In this document: in pieces, positions 58,335 through 64,000 of the stretch
Layout of the letters: every line of letters begins with the position of its first letter
Numbering within the stretch: position 1 is the first letter of the stretch
NCBI GenBank assembly: GCA_035506135.1
Contig: DATJPY010000014.1
Coordinates: 23,472-87,471, forward strand
Origin: Myxococcota bacterium
GTDB taxonomy: Bacteria > Myxococcota_A > UBA9160 > PR03
DNA: 64,000 bases
Direction: 5' to 3'
Translations under genes and position numbers: made by a program
Notes under the pieces: generated by a model
The model's database searches: none
Seen by the model: the letters and a program-made list of their open reading frames with translations, nothing else
What the model was told of the DNA's origin: nothing

Positions 58335-59177
58335 ATGGCCGAGGTCGCTCGCGCGCGCCTGCGCGGAATCGAGATGGCGTACGAGGAGCGCGGCGCCGGC
58401 GAGCGACCGCTCGTCCTGGTGCACGGCTTCACCGGCTCGCGCGACGACTGGCGCGAGATGCTCCCGCGCCTCGCCCCGCGCGGTCGCACGCTGGCCCCGG
58501 ACCTGCGCGGCCACGGCGAGACCAGCAACCCGGGCGATCCCGCGGGCTACACGTTCGAGCGTCTCGCGCAGGACCTCGGCGCCTTCCTGACGGCCGCCGG
58601 CGTCCCGCGCTGCGACCTGCTCGGGCACTCGATGGGCGGCATGGTGGCGCTGCGGCTGGCCCTTGCCGAGCCGGAGAGGATCGCCTCGCTGCTGCTGATG
58701 GACACGTCTGCCGATCCGATCCCGCGCGGTGCGCGCGCGATGATCGAGGCCGCGGCGAAGATCGCGCGCGAGGCGGGCATGCAGGCGCTCTTCGAGACGG
58801 GCCGCGCCGCCAGCGAGCGCCAGCCCGACCGGCCGGCGTCATTCGTGCGCTCGATCGAGCGCATGGGCCCCGAGGTCTTCTGGGATCGAATCCGCACCAA
58901 GATGCTCGCCATGGACCCGGTCGCGTACGCGACGCTCGGACTGGCGCTCGTCGACGACCGGGGCGTGGCGGATCGGCTGGGCGAGATCCGCTGCCCCACG
59001 ACGGTGCTGGTCGGCGCCGAGGATGCCGCCTTCCGCCGACCCTCGGAGCGCCTCGCGTGCGACATTCCCGGCGCGCACCTGGTCGTGATCGAGGCGGCCG
59101 CCCACTCGCCGCAGCTCGAGAACCCGGAGGCATGGCTCGCCGCAGTGCTGGGGCACCTCGACCGCGCGCGCGGCTGA
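58335..59177 (+). CDS. alpha/beta fold hydrolase
   Basis: 280 aa from ATG 58335. LVLVHGFTGS, the LLGHSMGG nucleophile elbow and a C-terminal AAHSPQLENPE. Confidence 0.88.
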   Translation: MAEVARARLRGIEMAYEERGAGERPLVLVHGFTGSRDDWREMLPRLAPRGRTLAPDLRGHGETSNPGDPAGYTFERLAQDLGAFLTAAGVPRCDLLGHSMGGMVALRLALAEPERIASLLLMDTSADPIPRGARAMIEAAAKIAREAGMQALFETGRAASERQPDRPASFVRSIERMGPEVFWDRIRTKMLAMDPVAYATLGLALVDDRGVADRLGEIRCPTTVLVGAEDAAFRRPSERLACDIPGAHLVVIEAAAHSPQLENPEAWLAAVLGHLDRARG

Positions 59178-59180
59178 GAA

Positions 59181-60422
59181 TCAGCCGAGCGCGCGGCCCC
59201 TCGTCTCCGGGAAGGTCCAGATCCATGCGGCGGCGAGCAGTGCGAAGAGCGCGGCGAGCGAGATGCCACCCGCGAGCCCGTAGCGGCCGGCGATCACCGC
59301 GATCGCGATCGGCGTCACGAACTGCACGCCGCGCGCCAGGTTGAACGCCGAGCCCATCGCCGCGTTGCGAATCGCCGTCGGGAAGAGCTCGGCGAAGAGC
59401 GGCCCGAAGCCCGCGAACATCCCCGTCCCGAATCCGACCAGGAACATGAAGGCCAGCACGAGCGCGGGACGACCAGCCACGGCGTCCCAGAAGAGCGTCG
59501 TCATCGCGAGCCCGACCGCCATCAGCACGGCGTAGATCGAGTACGCCGGGCGGCGGCCCCACCCGTCCGCAGCGAAGCCGAAGCTCGCGTAGCCGGCGAG
59601 ACCCCCGCCCTGCGTGACCAGGATCCACCACGCCGACTTCGCCAGCGAGAAGTGCCGCTCCTCCTGGAGATAGCCCGGCAGCCACGAGTAGGTGAACCAG
59701 TACGCCGACATGGTGAAGATCGCGAGCACGAGCGACCTCGCGAAGAGCCCGCGGTGCTCGAGCGAGAGCAGCGCGCGGAGCGGAGACTCGCCGCCGCGAC
59801 CCTCGAGCGCGCGGCTACGGTCCGCGAGCCAGAGGTCGGACTCCGGGAGCGTGCGGCGGATCGCTACGACGAGCAGCGCTGGCAGCACCGAGACGAAGAA
59901 GCAGGCGCGCCAGCCGATGCGCGGCTCCAGGAAGCCGCCGACTGCGGAGGCCAGCGCGATCCCGACCGGCGCGCCCGTCTGCATGAAGGCAGAGTGCCGC
60001 GCGCGCTGTCCGGGCGGGAAGCTCTCGCACACGTAGGTCTGCCCGGCCGCCCACTCGCCGCCGACGCCGAGGCCCGTGAGCACGCGGAACACGAGCAGGC
60101 TGCCGACGCCCTGTGCGAAGCCGCAAGCGAACGTGCCCGCGCTGTAGGTGAGGATCGTCCACTGCAGGACGGTCCGGCGGCCGTGGCGGTCGGACACGAA
60201 GCCGAAGAGCACGCCGCCGGCGGCGGTCGCGGCGAGCGACGTGCCGAGCACGAGCGAGAGCTCGAGGCGCGAGAGCGCCAGCTCTTGTCCGATCGGGATC
60301 AGGAGGAAGGAGTAGAGGATGAGGTCGTAGAAATCGAAGACCCAGCCCGCCCACGAGAGGAGCAGGATCCGGTAGTGGACGGCCGACGGGCGCTCGTGCT
60401 CGCTGAGGAGCCTGGACGCCAC
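59181..60422 (-). CDS. MFS transporter
   Basis: Track ORF 59181-60617. GTG 60422 avoids overlap with the upstream yjbQ-like gene. About 12 TM segments, with GFVSDRHGRR (MFS motif A-like). The start is uncertain (ATG 60503 is the alternative). Confidence 0.8.
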   Translation of the reverse strand: MASRLLSEHERPSAVHYRILLLSWAGWVFDFYDLILYSFLLIPIGQELALSRLELSLVLGTSLAATAAGGVLFGFVSDRHGRRTVLQWTILTYSAGTFACGFAQGVGSLLVFRVLTGLGVGGEWAAGQTYVCESFPPGQRARHSAFMQTGAPVGIALASAVGGFLEPRIGWRACFFVSVLPALLVVAIRRTLPESDLWLADRSRALEGRGGESPLRALLSLEHRGLFARSLVLAIFTMSAYWFTYSWLPGYLQEERHFSLAKSAWWILVTQGGGLAGYASFGFAADGWGRRPAYSIYAVLMAVGLAMTTLFWDAVAGRPALVLAFMFLVGFGTGMFAGFGPLFAELFPTAIRNAAMGSAFNLARGVQFVTPIAIAVIAGRYGLAGGISLAALFALLAAAWIWTFPETRGRALG

Positions 60423-60489
60423 GGAGGGATTCGCGCTTCGCGCGAGGCCTCGGCCAAGCGCCGAACGCCTTGCTGCGTGCGCCCGCGGC

Positions 60490-60912
60490 TCACGGCGCCA
60501 CATGCACCACCACCTCGCGCACGCTCCCGCGCCTCCGGTGCTCCCAGAGGTAGATCCCCTGCCAGGCGCCGAGCACGAGCCGGCCTTCGGCGATCGGGAT
60601 CGAGAGCGAGACGGCACCGAGCGCCGCCTTGATGTGCGAGGGGATGTCGTCGGGGCCTTCGGTGGTGTGCGTATAGAGCGGATCGCCTTCGGGTACGAGG
60701 CGGTCGAGCCACGCCTCGAGGTCGCGCTTCGCGGAGGGGTCGGCGTTCTCCTGGATCACGAGGCTCGCCGAGGTGTGGCGCACGAAGACCGTGCAGAGGC
60801 CCTCGTCGATGCCGGCGTCGGCCACGACCGCCTGCACCTCCGAGGTGATCTCTCGCAGTCCCTGGCCGTGCGTACGGATCTCGAGCCATCCGATGCGCCG
60901 CCGCTCGCCCAC
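60490..60912 (-). CDS. secondary thiamine-phosphate synthase enzyme YjbQ (UPF0047)
   Basis: 140 aa. GLCTVFVRHTSASLVIQENADP, HTTEGPDDIPSHIKAAL and LVLGAWQGIYLWEHR motifs. Confidence 0.88.
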   Translation of the reverse strand: MGERRRIGWLEIRTHGQGLREITSEVQAVVADAGIDEGLCTVFVRHTSASLVIQENADPSAKRDLEAWLDRLVPEGDPLYTHTTEGPDDIPSHIKAALGAVSLSIPIAEGRLVLGAWQGIYLWEHRRRGSVREVVVHVAP

Positions 60913-61076
60913 GGGAGCAGCCTACAAGACAGCGTCCGTGCGCGTCGAGTGGGCCGTCCGCTCCTCCCTGCGGCGCCGCGGCATCCACCGCCGCCGTACT
61001 CCGTATCGTGTATTCTGGATGGGCTCTCCGGGGCGTCTGTTCGGGACGCGCGTGTCTCGAGACGCGGAGGTCGCCG

Positions 61077-61978
61077 ATGCGCCGCGCTCCCGCCCGCCTC
61101 CTGGTCGCCCTGCTCGCAACCATCGCGCTCGAGCCCAAGGCCGCGCGGGCGGCTACACCAACGCGCTCTCCACCGATCCGAACCTCATCTCGATCGATCC
61201 GGACGGCAATCAGTTCATCGTCGGGATGAACTCATCCTCCCCCGGCCTGCTCGTCGACGGCGCGCGCGGAATCGCCGTGAGCCCCATTGCGGGCCACAAG
61301 TTCGTGGTCCGCGCCTTCTACGTCGCGGCCTTCCATGGATTGTGGCGCGTGGATCAGACGATCTCGGTGATCTTCCACGACTTCGAGATCAGCGCGAGCG
61401 CGACGTCGCTCGGCGCGCAGCCCGCGCCGTACGACACCGGAAGCGAGGTCGGCAACTTCGCCACGATCCGCGACGAAGGCGACGGGACGCTCGACCTCCT
61501 GGTCGCCCCGGAGAACGCGGTCCTGTACTACAACGGCGGGCTCGGCACGTTCGTCGACACACCGCTGATCTCGGGCTTCGGCGTGACCAGATGTGCCTAC
61601 TCCCAGGACGCAGGCCTCGTGGTGCTCTCGGGATCCCCCTCTCAGGGCCAGGCCGGCGTGTTCTATTCGGGAACCGAGATCGACTCGACGCCGGTGCCGA
61701 TCGCCGTCGGCGGCGACGTCGCCGCTCCGGGCCCTCCCGTCGTGGCGCTTCCTGGAGAGGGGAGCCCCGCGCCGTTCCCGGTCTACCTGGTCGCCGGCTC
61801 GAAGGTGGTGCGCGTCGACTCCGACGGCACGACGTCGGTCGCGGCCACCTTGCCGTTCTCGCTGACTGCGTACTTCGGGATCACCGCCTACGCGCCCGAG
61901 CCGGACGCGACTCCGGTTGCCGCAGCGGTGACGCTCGGCTGGATTGCGATCCGATCGCGCCTTCGGCGCCGTCGCTAG
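61077..61978 (+). CDS. PEP-CTERM sorting domain-containing protein, apparent frameshift near 61150
   Basis: The signal peptide MRRAPARLLVALLATIALEPKAARA is in the frame of ATG 61077. The ~275-aa body is in the frame of track ORF 60773-61978 and ends APEPDATPVAAAVTLGWIAIRSRLRRRR (PEP motif, TM helix, Arg cluster). The only ATG in the body frame (61019) gives no signal peptide. Confidence 0.6.
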
Positions 61979-62229
61979 TTGGCCTGCGGATGGCGCCCGC
62001 GGCGGGCCGCACCGGCGATCGTCAGCAGACCGATGCCGAAGACCAGCGCGCCGCCCGGCTCCGGGATCGCGGGATCGAGCCCACTCCAGGGCTTCGGGTC
62101 GATCTTGCCGGGACCGTTTCTCCAGTAGCCGAACGCGTTCCCGTTCGGCGCGGCCAGGGCCGCGGACGAGGCTGTCAGGGTCATCACGGTGAACACGAGC
62201 GCAGTGAGCGCGAGAGCTGCGAGCCTCAC
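61975..62229 (-). CDS. small PEP-CTERM sorting domain-containing protein
   Basis: 84 aa. Signal peptide MRLAALALTALVFTVMTLTASSAALA, and a C-terminal IPEPGGALVFGIGLLTIAGAARRGR (PEP, TM helix, basic tail). Confidence 0.8.
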   Translation of the reverse strand: MRLAALALTALVFTVMTLTASSAALAAPNGNAFGYWRNGPGKIDPKPWSGLDPAIPEPGGALVFGIGLLTIAGAARRGRHPQAN

Positions 62230-62305
62230 GATGCGGTTCTCCTCGACCAGGGCCCCGAGCTTAGCCCATTCGCATGCGCCGACCAGCGTGCAGCGCGTCT
62301 CCGAC

Positions 62306-63361
62306 TCAAGATGGAGCCGTCTCGCCGACGCGTACGATCGTCCTGCCGGTGGTCTGCCGGTTGGCCATGGCTTCGACGGCGGCCGGCACGTCTTCGAAGG
62401 CGACGACGCGGCCGATCACGGGACGCACCTGCTTGCGCTGAACCAGCTCGACGATCTCGCGCATGATCGCCCTGCCCCGCTCGTCGGAAACGAAGTTCCA
62501 GCCCATTCCCTTCTTCATCATCTTCGCCACCGGCTCCGGGGCGTAGGCGAGGAGCACGCCGCACAGATGGAGGTTCCCCATCATTACTGTCCGCGGCACG
62601 ATCCACTTCTCGTCCGCCACGCTCTTGTCGGACGCGAAGCCCATCATCAGGTAGCGGCCGTCGTAGGCGGTGCAGCGCATGGACTTCTCCATCACGGCTG
62701 CGCCCACGTTGTCGAAGACGACGTCCACACCGGAGCCTCCGGTCGCCTGCATCACGATCTCGGCGAAGTCGCTGCGCGCGTAGTCGATCGCGATCTCCGC
62801 GCCGAGCTCGCGGCAGAGCGCGAGCTTCTCCTCCGAGCTGGCGGTCGCGAAGACGCGGGCGCCGCGATGCACCGCGAGCTGCACCGCGGCCGAGCCGGAG
62901 CCCCCCGCGGCGGCGTGGATCAGCACGCTCTCGCCGGCGCGGAGCCTGGCGCGATCGAAGAGGCCGAGCCATGCGAGGTGGAACGGGAAGTAGAGAGCTG
63001 CCGCGTCGGGGAGCGGAATGGCCTCGGGCATCTCGAAGGCGGAGACGGCGGGGCAGAGCGCGTACTCGGCGTAGCCGCCGTGCGCGCCCTTGGTCATCGC
63101 GACGACGCGCCGCCCCTGGCACGCCTCCGCGCCCGGCCCGCAGGCGTCGACCACGCCCATCACCTCCATCCCGGGGCTGTAGGGCAGCTCGGGCCGCACC
63201 ATCATGTTGCCGCCGGTGATCCGCTCGAGGTCGTTCAGGTTGAGGGGAATCGCCTGCACGCGGACGCGGAGCTCGCCCGGCCCCGGCGTCGGGATCGGGA
63301 CGTCGTCGAGCCGGAGCACCTCGCGCGGCTGGCCATAGCGATGCGTTCGCCACGCTCTCAT
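62306..63361 (-). CDS. NADPH:quinone oxidoreductase-like MDR (zinc-type alcohol dehydrogenase superfamily) protein
   Basis: 351 aa. GELRVRVQAIPLNLND, the HAAAGGSGSAAVQLA dinucleotide motif and a TGRTIV tail. Confidence 0.88.
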   Translation of the reverse strand: MRAWRTHRYGQPREVLRLDDVPIPTPGPGELRVRVQAIPLNLNDLERITGGNMMVRPELPYSPGMEVMGVVDACGPGAEACQGRRVVAMTKGAHGGYAEYALCPAVSAFEMPEAIPLPDAAALYFPFHLAWLGLFDRARLRAGESVLIHAAAGGSGSAAVQLAVHRGARVFATASSEEKLALCRELGAEIAIDYARSDFAEIVMQATGGSGVDVVFDNVGAAVMEKSMRCTAYDGRYLMMGFASDKSVADEKWIVPRTVMMGNLHLCGVLLAYAPEPVAKMMKKGMGWNFVSDERGRAIMREIVELVQRKQVRPVIGRVVAFEDVPAAVEAMANRQTTGRTIVRVGETAPS

Positions 63362-63383
63362 CGTTCCTCGCGCGCCCAGTCGA

Positions 63384-64000
63384 CTAGCTGTCGGCCTTCC
63401 GAGGGATGAACCCGGGGACTCCCGTCTCGACGACCTGGTTGAATCGATAGCGCGTCGCGATCCCCGCGATCTCTTTCATCGCGCTCTCCGGAAGGGGCGA
63501 CACGTCGAAGCTCTCGCGGATGTGGTCCGCACTCTTCGAGGTCGTGAGGATGGCGGTGCCTCGCTGGATTCCCCAGGCGATACAGACCTGCGCGGCGGTC
63601 TTGCCGACTCCGGCGGCGACCTTCTTGATGACCTCGTCCTCGAGCAATCTCGGCTCGGAGGAGTGACCGAGCGCCGCGAACGCAAGCAGCACGGTCCCGG
63701 CTTCTCGGCAGGCCTCGAGCAGCTCCCATTGCGGGAGATAGGGGTGCGCCTCGACCTGTACGACCGCAGGACGGATTCTTGCAGAGCGATTGATTTCCTC
63801 GAGATGCACGAGACCCACATCCGACAAGCCGATTGCACGACACCTGCCCTCGTCCACGAGGCGCTCCATGGCACCCCAGGTCTCGATCAAGGTCACGCCG
63901 TCGTCGTAGAGCGTCTTGCCATTCTCGTCTCTCGGATCCTGATCGTCGCCCGGTCGAAAGGCGAAGGGCGTATGGATCAGGTAGAGGTCGGCGTAGTCGA
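63384..64000 (-). CDS. aldo/keto reductase, C-terminal part (5' end outside window)
   Basis: The reading frame stays open to the window edge. The reverse-strand translation continues upstream of the track ORF as DYADLYLIHTPF..., then TWGAMERLVDEGRCRAIGLSD, VQVEAHPYLPQ and a C-terminal AKR motif, ILTTSKSADHIRESF. Confidence 0.88.
   Translation of the reverse strand, partial: DYADLYLIHTPFAFRPGDDQDPRDENGKTLYDDGVTLIETWGAMERLVDEGRCRAIGLSDVGLVHLEEINRSARIRPAVVQVEAHPYLPQWELLEACREAGTVLLAFAALGHSSEPRLLEDEVIKKVAAGVGKTAAQVCIAWGIQRGTAILTTSKSADHIRESFDVSPLPESAMKEIAGIATRYRFNQVVETGVPGFIPRKADS

Overview
Very GC-rich bacterial chromosomal DNA, judged by eye and not computed. The gene content is Gram-negative: a TonB system, outer-membrane barrels and PEP-CTERM proteins. 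It fits a Myxococcota/deltaproteobacteria-like or similar environmental lineage, but taxonomy cannot be settled from this window. I found no rRNA, tRNA, CRISPR array, transposase or integrase. All family calls come from reading motifs in the supplied translations; no searches were run. High GC creates many long spurious antisense and alternate-frame ORFs rich in Arg/Ala/Pro/Gly. I chose the frame that carries recognisable family motifs and trimmed starts accordingly. About 65 features are supported. Housekeeping genes include metH, asd, a Ku/LigD NHEJ pair, a livKHMGF-type transporter and an osmoprotectant ABC transporter. The rest are various oxidoreductases and hydrolases. The standout is a roughly 17-kb co-directional metal (probably zinc) homeostasis island at 18749-35762. 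It carries two small DUF2946-like Cys/His proteins, a TonB-dependent receptor with exbB-exbD-tonB, and a Cu/Zn-type permease fused in frame to an HflK-like SPFH domain. That fusion is followed by HflC-like and HflK-like genes translationally coupled to znuABC. Next come cysteine-poor S14/L31/L28 ribosomal paralogs and a coiled-coil outer-membrane barrel. A second ZnuABC-like set closes the island, and its permease ORF runs in frame into a lipoprotein module. Other oddities are a 22-bp perfect tandem duplication of the znuB RBS/start region and a PPK1 N-terminal half abutting a SixA-like ORF with no usable start. There is also a roughly 1000-aa secreted beta-propeller protein with a CxxCH motif, and a convergent PEP-CTERM gene pair, one member apparently frameshifted.
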